A program made the position numbers and the translations under genes. Source: Octopus sinensis (taxonomy: Eukaryota). From it: a DNA stretch of 64,000 nucleotides. Each line of letters opens with the position of its first letter. The stretch's first letter is position 1. Shown here piece after piece: positions 52,864 through 64,000 of this stretch. The notes beneath the pieces are model-generated. The model searched no databases and was not told where the DNA came from. It worked only from the letters and a program-made list of their open reading frames with translations. The stretch is taken from NCBI RefSeq assembly GCF_006345805.1, contig NC_043005.1, positions 43,958,001-44,022,000 of the forward strand. Direction: 5' to 3'.

Positions 52864-54689
52864 AGGTAACCAACAAGTGACACTACTACTTCTTTATACA
52901 ATGTAGTGGAGTATCATTGTATGTCATTATTCCTTCTTTCTTTTTTCATTTATTTCATTTGATCCCTTGTCTCTACCCCACCTTCCTTGTTACTTAATTT
53001 TATAACCTTACCTTTTCAGCAACTTGGGAAAATGACTTCTATATTGCAGGTTAAGCGAAACTTTGTTGGTGGATTTGATAGGAGGAGAATGAATGAGGTC
53101 CATCGTGTGCATGTGGCGTGTGTGTGCACATGCAAGCATGTGCGTGCATGTATGTGTGTGTTTCCATGCACTGCATTGTGGAATTGAACCCCAAAACATG
53201 TAGTTCTCAACTACTTAGTGATGCCTACACCTATACAAGGGTTATGCCTTTCTTTTACTTGTTATTGCTTCACACAGCTAGACTCAGCCTTTTGGACTTG
53301 TTAGAAATAAATTTGCATAATATTCTGGAATATTGCTTTGATGTATTGATTTTATGATTGGCCAATAAAATACCTGATATTCTACATGTTACATAGTTCA
53401 AATTGAAAATAGTAGGAAAGTGAAATATACTAACACCAATAAACAGAGGATTTTTTTTTTCTAGGGAAAAGTTTAATTTATGACAAAAGAAAAAAAGGAC
53501 AAACATTCTTTCTATTAGTACAAGACTGGAGCTTTGCATTTTTTTGTTGTAATTCTTTAAAATTTATGGTTGGTTAGCATTTTTGGGTTTAAAGCTTATT
53601 CTACTGTCAAGGGTTAATTTGTCTCTTCGCAGCTCTTTCCATTCCATTTCAAAGAAAGTTACACATAACTTGGTCATCATCATTCTCTAAATAACTTTGG
53701 CTTTGTTCTCTAATCTCTAAGAATCTTGTAATTATACTTACTTAATCCAATATGTAATCAATCTGTACAACATTTTTTTTATTTATACCATGTTTTCCTT
53801 CAGTTCCATCCTTTTCTCTTGTTTTGATGTCTTATTTACCTTATTGTAGTTATAGTTTCCTTTCTGCAATGCATCAACACTGTCTTTTCAAAGATTCTAA
53901 CACATCATTTATCACAGAATTTATTACTTTTAATACAAAATCTTCAATAAAATCACATCAAAGAATCTCAATGTTTTTATAGACTTTGCCTTTATACTTT
54001 TACATGTGTAAAAAATAACTGCTTTTATCAAAATAACAAGCTTGTTGTTATCATAACAAGCATGAAAATCCTTATTTTACTGGTGCTAATCAAATAACCT
54101 CTGAATTCTTCAAAAGCTCACTGTTAGTAAACAACAAATTGCTGCTTATCAACAAACATATTATTTTCATTACATGCTACCCTTTGAAATTATGGCCATT
54201 GTTCTTGAGCTCCTTATATTTTATTGATATTAAAATATTATTGTTTAGCTAAGCACTTAGATTGATATACATTCTGAAAGTTACTTTCTTCAAGTGGTTG
54301 TACATTAGAAAACTCTCAGTAGGATCATATTCAAGGTGGCTGGAATATCATTAGAGGAAGAATTAACCATAAATATTTCACTAACCTGATGGCTAAGACA
54401 AGAATTTTATAATGGAAAGCAGTAGACACTAATCTGTTCAGCAAGTGAACCAATAAGTCTTTGTAGGTCATTTGACCTGGTAGAAATAGCAGCAAAATTT
54501 CATAATCAGAAGCTACTGTCTTAAAAAGGGAAGTATGTGTAATAAAACCAGGAGGAGTCACAGCTGGAAATCTTTTGAGTATAGATGATCATAGACCTGT
54601 TTTGTCAGACTTGACCTAGGGTTAAGCAACTACTTGTGTGCTGTAACTGTGCTTGAAATAGGTTATCCTCTACCAAGTTAAATAGGTTA

Positions 54690-55416
54690 TGCACCCACCA
54701 AATTAGAGCGTAAATGAGAACATGCAATCCCCAAATAGAGTTGCACATTAGATAGGAAATGCATCCACCAAATTTGATAAGCTACTGAGTTATATGAAAC
54801 ATTCACCCACCAAATGAGATAGGACAAACAACTACTAAAATAGGGCATGCAGAACCAAAATTAGATAGGACAAATTAGATAATGCATGCACCCACCAAAT
54901 TAGAAAGGATATACATACATTAAACTATGTAGGACATACATCTGACAAATTAAGCCATATGGTTCCCAAATTAGGTCATATAGCACCAAATTAGGACATA
55001 CAGTGCTGAAATTAGAACATACACCCACCAAATTAGAGAGGACTTACACACATTAAACTATATAGTTCATACATCCACCAAATTAGTTCATATAGCACCA
55101 AATAGGGACATACAGAAGTGAAATTAGATTGGACATACACCCACCAAATTAGAAAGGACACACACACACACACACACTAAACTATATAGGACATACACCT
55201 GCCAAATTAGGTTATATTGTCACCAAATTTGTTCATATAGCACCAAATTAGAGCATACAGAACTGAAATTAGATAGGATGTACACCCATAAAATTAAATT
55301 AGGCATATATCCACACACACCAAACTATATAAAATATACAACCACCAAATTAGGCCATATAGCTACCAAATTAGGTCATACAACTTCCAAATTAATCCAT
55401 GCAGCTATCAAATTAG
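54690..55416 (+). repeat. Degenerate minisatellite of caccaaattag-containing units with higher-order structure; continues at ~58950-59050
   Basis: Repeated caccaaattag/gacatacac; tagcaccaaat recurs at 54981, 55093 and 55238; split by the RTE insertion. Confidence 0.85.
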
Positions 55417-58400
55417 ATGATTTTCTGGGCAGGGAACACTGACGGGGTTGGTGGCGTGGGTATACTTATCGCTGAGAAATGGATAGATAGAGTAATTGAG
55501 GTAATCAGAGTAAGTGACAGAATACTTAAGATTAGAATAGTGCTTCATAATAGATTAGCAACCATTATATCGGCCTATGCCCCTCAGCCAGGGCTACCCG
55601 ATGGACAGAAAGACAGTTTCTATGACACCCTACTGCAGACCACCTCATCGACGAACGACAGGGACCTTCTCTTTGTGGCTGGTGATTTCAATGGGCATGT
55701 TGGACGACATGCTGGGGGCTTCCATGGCGTACATGGAGGCTATGGTTATGGTTCCCGCAACGAGGAGGGAACCAGGCTGCTGGAGTTCTGCGATGCGAAT
55801 AGTCTTATGGTCTGCAACACTAACTTCAGGAAACCAACAAGCCACCTGGTCACCTACCGATCGGGCGCCGGCATACTAGCCAAATCGACTACATCCTTGC
55901 CAGAAAAAGGGAAAGATGGCTGCTTATAAATGCCAAAACCTTCCCAGGCGAAGAATGCACCCCACAACATAGACTGGTAGTTAGTGACTTTAGGATCAGG
56001 ACTAAGAGGGCGACTAGAAGACGACCAACATGGAGAAGAAGGGTCTGGAAGCTTAAAGCCCCTGCGAATGGACAGAGATTTAGAGATATGTTACTTGAAG
56101 CCTTTGACGAAGTGGAAGGGGGTATAGCTACACATGGGGTAGAAGACACAACTGGACGTTTCTGAGGGACAACCTGCTGAAAGCCACTGACCAGATCTGT
56201 GGCTGATGCAAAGTCCCCTTAAGACCCAAAATAACATGGTGGTGGAACAATATTGTTGACAGGGCTATTAGACAAAAGAAACAGGCTTGGAAGGCCTGGA
56301 AGAACGGTGGTAGCAGGGAAGGGTATCAGACTGCCAGAAGGGAAGCTAGGAGACAGGTCTATCTAGCCAGAGGGAAGCAGATAAGAAAATTTGCCAATGT
56401 CCTGCGCCGTGAGGATGAAAGACTTGAGGTATTTCGTGTTGCAAGACAGTGTGTGAGAGAGAATCGTGATGTGGTAGGTGAGAAATGTGTTCGCATGGAG
56501 GATGGTTCACTTGCGCTAAATGAGGATGCAAAGAGAGAAGCTTGGAGACGCCACTATGAAAGGTTACTGAATGAGGAAAATGAATGGGATAAAGAGAGTC
56601 TGCCGAATGTTGACCCTACAGAGGGACCAGCTATCCGAGTTGATAGTTCCGTGGTAGCTAAGGCAATTAGAAGCATGAAGACAGGGAAAGCCCCAGGCCC
56701 ATCAGGAATTACTGCAGAGATCTCAAAATATCTGGCAGTGTCGGCTATAACCTAGTCACCCGTATAGTCAACCAGGTGATACATGAAGGAGTCATACCCA
56801 ATGACTGGTGCAGCAGCATACTAGTCAACTGCTACAAAGGTAAAGGTGATGCCCTAGATACAAATAATTACAGAGGTATCAAGCTGTTGGATCAAGTAAT
56901 GAAGGTTACGGAGAGGGTCATAGCCCAACTAATTAGAGAGAGAGTTAGTTTAGATGAGATGCAGTTTGGGTTCGTGCCAGGGAAAAGTACCACTGATGCT
57001 ATATTCCTGGTAAGGCAGCTGCAGGAGAAATACCTAGCCAAAGATAAGCCCCTGTACCTGGCTTTCATTGACATGGAGAAAGCTTTTGATAGGGTCCCCC
57101 GATCCCTTATCTGGTGGTCAATGAGGAAACTAGGGATAGATGAATGGCTGGTGAGGACTGTGCAAGCCATGTACAGAGATGCCGTAAGTAAGGTTAGGGT
57201 TGGCAACATGTACACAGAAGAATTCAAAGTAGAGGTTGGGGTCCACCAGGGTTCAGTACTCAGCCCCCTCCTATTTATCATAGTACTCCAGGCAATTACG
57301 GAGGAATTCAAGACAGGCTGTCCCTGGGAGCTCCTCTACGCTGACGACCTTGCTCTTATTGCTGAGTCACTATCAGAACTGGAGGAGAAGTTCCAGGTGT
57401 GGAAGGAGGGTTTAGAATCAAGGGGCCTTAGAGTCAACCTAGCTAAACCAAAGTACTAATAAGTAGAAAGGTAGACAATCCACAAATATCTTCAGGAAGA
57501 TGGCCCTGCTCGATCTGTAGAAAAGGTGTAGGTAGAAACTCTATAAGATGTACCCAGTGTAAGCTATGGACACATAAGAGGTGCAGCAATGTCAAAGGTA
57601 GGCTAACTGGGAAGATAGTTTTTGTATGTGGCAGATGCTCGGGAGCATTAACCTCCGAAAATCTGCAGAAAACAACTTCCGTCACTTTCCAGGGGAAAAA
57701 CTAGAAGTAGTTGATAGCTTCCGTTATCTAGGTGACCAAGTCAGTAGTGGGGGTGGGTGCGCTGAAAGTGTAACTGCTAGAATAAGAATAGCCTGGGCAA
57801 AGTTTAGGGAGCTCTTACCTCTGCTGGTGACTAAAGGCCTCTCGCTCAGAGTAAAAGGCAGACTGTATGATGCGTGTGTACGAACAGCCATGCTACATGG
57901 CAGCGAAACATGGGCCGTGACTGCTGAGGACATGCGTAAGCTCGTGAGGAATGAAGCCAGTATGCTCCGATGGATGTGTAATGTCAGTGTACATACTCGA
58001 CAGAGCGTTAGCACCTTGAGAGAAATGTTGTACCTAAGAAGCATCAGTTGTGGTGTGCAAGAGAGACGATTGCGCTGGTATGGTCATGTGGCGAGAATGG
58101 ATGAAGATAGGTGTGTGAGAAAGTGCCAATCCCTAGCAGTTGAGGGAACCCGTGGAAGAGGTAGACCCAGGAAAACCTGGGACGAGGTGGTGAAGCACGA
58201 CCTTCGAACTTTAGGCCTCACTGAGGAAATGACCAGAGACCGAGACCTTTGGAAATATTCTGTACGTGAGAAGACCAGGCAGGACAAGTGAGCCCAGCCC
58301 ACTTATGAATGCCTTTCCTCCCTTGGACACAAAGACCGGTTGAGGCAAGCAAAGTCGATATAGAACCTCATCCGATGACAGACACCCATGCCAACCCCCT

Positions 58401-58949
58401 TTGCTTGTGAAGACATGTTGGGGCAAGCGAAATCGAAATCGAATTGAACCAGCCAGGATCCCTGGTCTGGTGGTACGTAAAAATCACTATCCGACTCGTG
58501 GCCGTGCCACGTAAAATACTCCAATGCGACCGTACGACAGGCACCCATGCCAACCCCCTTTCCTTGTGAAGACATGTTGGGGCAAGCGAAATCGAAATCG
58601 AATTGAACCAGCCAGGATCCCTGGTCTGGTGGTACGTAAAAAGCACTATCCGACTCGTGGCCGATGCCAGCACCGCCTCGACTGGCTTCCGTGCCGGTGG
58701 CACATAAAATACACCAATCTGACCGTGGCTGTTGCCAGCCCCGCCTGGCACCTGTGCAGGTGGCACGTAAAAGCACCCACTACACTCACGGAGTGGTTGG
58801 CGTTAGGAAGGGCATCCAGCTGTAGAAACATTGCCAGATTAGACTGGAGCCTGGTGCAGCTTCTGGCTTCCCAGAACCCCGGTCGAACCGTCCACCCATG
58901 CTAGCATGGAGAACGGACGTTAAACGACGATGATGATGATGATGATGAT
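55417..58949 (+). mobile_element. RTE-clade LINE, 5'-truncated, near-complete ORF (APE endonuclease plus RT) and 3' UTR ending in (GAT)n
   Basis: APE motifs ISAYAPQ, VAGDFNGHVG; RT motifs KAPGPSG, NYRGIKLL, QFGFVPG, FIDMEKAFD, GVHQGSVLSPLLF, LLYADD, YLG; C-terminus WYGHV...GRGRPRKTW; stop at 58289-58291; broken by several frameshifts and a TGA at 56204-56206; 159-bp tandem duplication in the UTR (58383/58542). Confidence 0.95.
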
Positions 58950-60703
58950 ACATCCACCAAATTAGAGGAAACATACACACACCAGACTAAATAGGACATA
59001 CACCCAGCAGATTAAGGCATACAGCTGCCAAAGTAGGTCATACAACCATCAAATGAAATTATCCTAGATCACAAACACGTCACTCAAATATTAACGTCTA
59101 TGCTTCTGTTATATAAAGACAAACTTACACTATGGATTAGGATGAAAGAACTGAATGGGCAACAAAGTGAAAAGAAACATCACTTCAGTATTTGATAGAG
59201 TTCTTTAATGAATCTAAGAGATCAATCAGACATAATTATTATAAGACGATAAGTACTGTTATTTTCTAATTCTTTTATTGGTTTCAGTCATTGGAATATG
59301 GTCTGTTAAGCTGTGGAAACAACTTGAGAGAAAAATTTGTCTAGAACTGAGGTGAGGCAAGTCTGATAGGCTATAGAAGACACTTGCCCAAGGTGTCATG
59401 CAGTGGGACTGAACCTGGAACCATGTGGTTGGGAAGCAAACTTCTTACCACATTGCCATGCCTGTATGAAAAAAAAATTGTTTAGATATTTTGTGTATCA
59501 TCGAAATATAACCCAAGGGCCACATGGACCGTGGTTGAGAATCACTGGTCTACAACATTAGTGCCAGTCCAGGGTAAAACAATAACATCCAATTTTTCAG
59601 GTGTTTCCAGATGATAAACAGTAACACAATGTAGAAGAGGATAATCTATGTGGCCGACCTCTTATATGGAAGGTGTTCTTTTCTCGAAAGGTATTTACAT
59701 GATTGATGATAATTTGAAGATAATTTTTCTGAAAATTTATTACCAATTTCTCCAAAGATATTACTTCACTGATATTGCCTTGGTGTAGCAGACACATTTG
59801 GGTATAAATAGACATAACAGAATATGACCATAGAGCTAAGTATATTTACCTATCATCTATCATCAAGTCATTTAAATCAAATATACTTCCTTAGTTGATA
59901 AACTGCACTCTTTAGATGATTAACAAAACAATTTCTCTTGTTTACCATAGCCTAGGTCTGCAGATAAAACAGGCTCTGATCAGAACACATAATGTTTGTT
60001 CAACCTTGACAATAATCATTACTCACTTTCTTTCAATAAAATCTTATTAAACATAGAAACACTAAACCAATACAATAGTCCTTTTTTCTTGCAAATGTCT
60101 GAAGTTCCAGATTCCACCAGAATAAATGTTGTCAAGGATGTATTCACAATAAAGACTATCTTCATCTGAGTTTTCATCATCAATGCTCTTACCATTAATT
60201 GACATTTAACTTAACCTTATGGAATTATTGTCTCATTTTAAGGCTGGCATTTCAGAATTTCACAAGTTTCCGTGGAAAAGTCATGAAAAAAAAAATTATT
60301 CTATCAATAACTTAGAAAAGATTCTGCCAAAAGTCAATATTCTTTCATAGATGATTCTGCTTGAGAGAGAAAAAAACCAGCACCTCTGTCAAGATCCTTC
60401 AGTTCTATCCTATTGTCATAGCAACATATTCTTACTGAAATTATGCAATTTTTTCCCCCATATTTTGATAACCAATGAAGAAACAATAAATTCACAGATG
60501 TCACTTTGATAAGATTTAAATAATAATAAAATATCAGTTTTTTTTTTACTTGGTATTATTTCAGTTTTTTATATTAGCTGGGAGCAGTCTGGTATATAAA
60601 TGAAAACATTTGTATGATTGTTGAGAATAGTCTTAAGGGATCTTTGATTAAAGATACTGATGGTATGAAAGAGAGAGAGAGAGAGAGACTAAGAGAGAGA
60701 GAA

Positions 60704-60739
<36 letters not shown>

Positions 60740-61078
60740 TGTGTGTGTGTATGTGACTGGCTAGTAATGAAGATAAGAGATGCTAAGTGAGTAGAAGTGA
60801 TGGCTGTCAATGATACATGATAATGGAAGTATGTAATAGGAGAAAGAGGGGCTGGTGGTAAGTTGGGATTGAATACAGACAGACATATTTAATACAAAAC
60901 CATTCCTATTTACACAGGTTGCTGGGTAGGAGAGTGGCAGTAAGGGGAAAGGCATATTGATAGGAAAAGGGGCAATGATAACAGGGAAAACGAAGCAGAG
61001 TGGGAGGATGGTATATGGAGAGGAGACACCTAAGGTAGATGATATATATTAGTGACAGAAGCAGTATTAATAGAAAGA

Positions 61079-62054
61079 GGTAATATTTATCTTCACTTAA
61101 ATGTGGATGTTCTGTTGGAACAAACTATACTGCTGTAGATACCATGAGAGAAACTCATATTAGTTTTTGGTGCAAAATGCAAGCTTTTTTTACAGCACTA
61201 ATGGTGAGATGAACAGCCACCATCTCCAGTGCAGAGCATTTTGCACCAAAAGCCAATATGGGAGTTTATCTCATGCTATCTACTACAGTATAGCTTGTTC
61301 TAACAGAACATACATGTTTAAGATGGGATAAATACTACCTCCCAGCATTAATTCTGCTTCTGTCGCTAATATCATCATCATTATAGTTTAACATCTGCTT
61401 TCCATGCTGGCATGGGTTGGACAGCTTGACTGAGGACTGGAAAGCTAGGTGGCTGCACCAGGCTCCAATCTGATCTGGCAAGGTTTCTACAGTTGGGTCC
61501 CTTCCTAATGCCAATCATTCTGAGAGTGTAGTGAGTGCTTATTACATGCCACCAGCATGGGTGCCAGTAGGTGGCACTGGCAACAACAACCATGCTCATA
61601 TGGTGCTTTTTACATGCCACTGGCATGGGGGCCAATCAGGCAGCACTGGCATCAACTACGTTTGTATGGTGCTTTTTATGTGCCATTAGCATGGGAGTCT
61701 AATTTGGCAGCACTGGAACCAACCATGCTCAAATGGTGCTTTTTACGTACCATGACTAATCACAACATCAGTGCCTGTTCTGACGTTGTTTTTTGATATA
61801 CCACTAGTGGGGAGATGAATTGCTGCTATCTCTAACAGTTGAGTGTCCATCATTGACAAGACCAAGTAAGGTCGAAATAATGTGATCTGGTCTATCTCAG
61901 TGCAGGAGGTGGTGGGGATTTAACTCCTTTCTAGCAATATAAACAAGAGGGCATTTTACACCAAAAGCCAATACAAGAGTTTCTCTCATGGTAGCTACAA
62001 AAGTATAGGTTATTCTAATAGAACATCCACTTTTAAGTGGAGATAAATATTACC
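61079..62054. mobile_element. MITE copy 2 with ~100-bp TIRs, interrupted by an RTE tail (-, ~61372-61770)
   Basis: GGTAATATTTATCTTCACTTAAA...TTTAAGTGGAGATAAATATTACC; an extra internal right-TIR copy ends ~61340. Confidence 0.8.
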
Positions 62055-62079
62055 TTTCTTCCCATTGTCATCATCATTT

Positions 62080-62345
62080 TTGTGTCAATTCATAAATGCT
62101 TGCATCAGTTGGGCAGACCCTCTTCAGCACAGATCCTCTTCACCACAAATCACAGTCCTTTCTAATCCTCTTCAGAAGATTCAGCCTCTTGAGGTCAGTC
62201 TTCACCATTTCATCCCTCGTCTTCCTCATCCTTCTTCTTTCACTGGTTCCATCAGCTTGAAGAACTCAGCAATTCTTTATACAAAATGGTATCCTCTATA
62301 TATATATATATATCCCTTACCTATACCAGTACAGCATACTACATC
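62080..62345 (-). mobile_element. Degraded RTE ORF 3' end
   Basis: The reverse complement resembles the RLRWYGH...GRGRPRK.W region, with stops. Confidence 0.5.
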
Positions 62346-62374
62346 TGATTCATCTTTAGCTTTCATTTTCTTAT

Positions 62375-62894
62375 CTTTTACTTGTTTCAGTCATTAGAGT
62401 GTGGCCATACTAGAGCACTACCCTGAAGAAGTTTTAGTTGAATGAATCAACTCCAGTATTTATATATTTTGTTTTAAAGTCTGGTACTTATTCTATTGGT
62501 CGCTTTTGCTAAACTGCTAAGTTACAGGGATGTAAACAAAACCAAAACCAATTGTCAAGCAATTTGTTCCTTCTCGAGCCACACCCCTGGCTCATAAGGG
62601 CCAGTTTCCTGGTTTCCTTGGCATAAAGGTTCCCCACCTGAATGGGACGCCAGTCTGTTGTAGGTGAGCTGCAAGATGCAGGAGGAAAGAGTGAGAGAAA
62701 GTTGTAGTTCACCATTACCTTCTGCTGGAGCCATGTGTCGCTTAGGTGTTTTGCTCATAAACACACACATCGCCTGATCTGAGATTCGATCCTGCGATCC
62801 CTCGACCGCAAGTCCGCTGCTCTAACCACTAGGCCATGTGCCTCCACAGTTGTCAAGCAGTGAGGCGGGACAAACACAGACACACACACACACA

Positions 62895-62933
<39 letters not shown>

Positions 62934-63090
62934 ATGCAACATGCTTTTTTCAGTCTCCATCTACGAAATCCACTCACAAAGCTTTGGTTGGCCCAAGGAT
63001 ATAGTAGAAGACACTTACCCAAGGTGCCATACAGTTGGACTGAACCTGGAATCATACAGTTGAAATGCAAACTTCTTACCACACAACCAC
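62375..63090 (-). mobile_element. SINE family A with a nested family D SINE (62562-62849)
   Basis: 10-bp TSD ttgtcaagca at 62552-62561 and 62850-62859 flanks the family D copy. Confidence 0.8.
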
Positions 63091-63287
63091 CACCCAGATA
63101 TTTTCTCTCAACTAATTTCTGCTCTGCCGTTCTTATATACTAATTTTCTATATCCAGCAGAGTATGCCTCAAATCATTTCTTTTTAGCTGTTACAAATCC
63201 TCCACATTCAGGAATCACATTTCACATGCTGCACCACACTTTACAAACAAGCATTGTATATTCTGCTCTTTACTCCAAGACAATGAA

Positions 63288-63590
63288 GGCACGTGGTTTA
63301 TTGGTTAGCATATTCAGCTCATAATCACAAGGTCATAAGTTCAATTCTTGGCAACACGTTGTGTCCTTAAGCAAGACACTTTATTTCACATTGCTCCAGT
63401 CCACTCACCTGGCGAAAATGAGTGATACATGTAATTAAAAAGTGCCACCCTTGTTACATTTTGTTTCAAGCTGAATCTCCTTAAGGGTGCATGTGTCAGT
63501 GGAGTGCCCAGCCATTTACACATTAGTTTCACGAGCAAACTATTCCATTGATCAGATGAACTGGAACCTTCATCATCATAACCAAAGGAG
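63288..63590 (+). mobile_element. SINE family C, long form
   Basis: gaaggcacgtggtttattggttag...gttcaattct...ttgtgtccttaagcaagacactttatttcac. Confidence 0.75.
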
Positions 63591-63794
63591 TTCCACTCCA
63601 AGACAGAAATTCTTTGTTAATAACTTAGGGAAATAGCTTCCAGAACTTTTCCAGTTTGTTCAGAGTCTGGTATCTATGACATACTAAGGAATTAAGTCAC
63701 ATACATAAAAATCTTTCCTCTACTCCTAAAGAATCCTTCTAAGTATCTTAAAGAATTTACCTCATTTCTTAATCTTTTTTTTTTATCGTTGATC

Positions 63795-64000
63795 TTTTAC
63801 TTGCTTCAGTCATTAGACTGCTTAGGTGCTGCCTTGAAGAATTTTTAGTCAAATGAATCGACCACAGTACTTAGTTTTTTTTAAACTTGGTCCTTATTTT
63901 ATTGGTCTCTTTTGCTGAGCCATTAAGTTACAGGGACATAAACATGCCAACACCAGTTGTCAAGCGGTTGTGGTGGTGGTAGTGGTGGTAGGGGACAAAC
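63795..64000 (-). mobile_element. SINE family A, 3' half (runs off the window)
   Basis: Tail tcttttacttgcttcagtcattagactg and body. Confidence 0.7.

Overview
AT-rich animal genomic DNA, dense in microsatellites and transposon relics. I found no convincing host protein-coding gene. Most ORFs in the track are translations of (TA)n, (CA)n, (ATT)n, (GA)n or (TCTA)n repeats. The repeat repertoire looks like a coleoid cephalopod (Octopus-like); that is inference from recognising the repeats and needs BLAST. Directly supported elements: a near-complete 5'-truncated RTE-clade LINE (55.4-58.9 kb; APE + RT with a C4HC3 finger inside the RT) and at least a dozen scattered pieces of its 3' tail; two CR1-type LINE fragments; an L1/Tx1 3' end; a Penelope-like (PLE) RT relic; an internally deleted piggyBac with TTAA TSDs; a 505-bp non-autonomous Helitron; Tc1/mariner relics; several fold-back MITEs; and about four tRNA-derived SINE families (labels A-D are mine). 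The most interesting signal is RNA-structural. Several unrelated type I hammerhead ribozyme (HHR) motifs carry palindromic stem III. Two sit in inverted-repeat units: a 934-bp near-perfect palindrome (30182-31115) and a tRNA-headed SINE-like element (about 10.5-11.0 kb). Together they suggest a non-autonomous, ribozyme-bearing retroelement system mobilised by PLE machinery. Repeat boundaries are approximate unless TSDs or termini are quoted. Single-base homopolymer frameshifts suggest long-read assembly errors.
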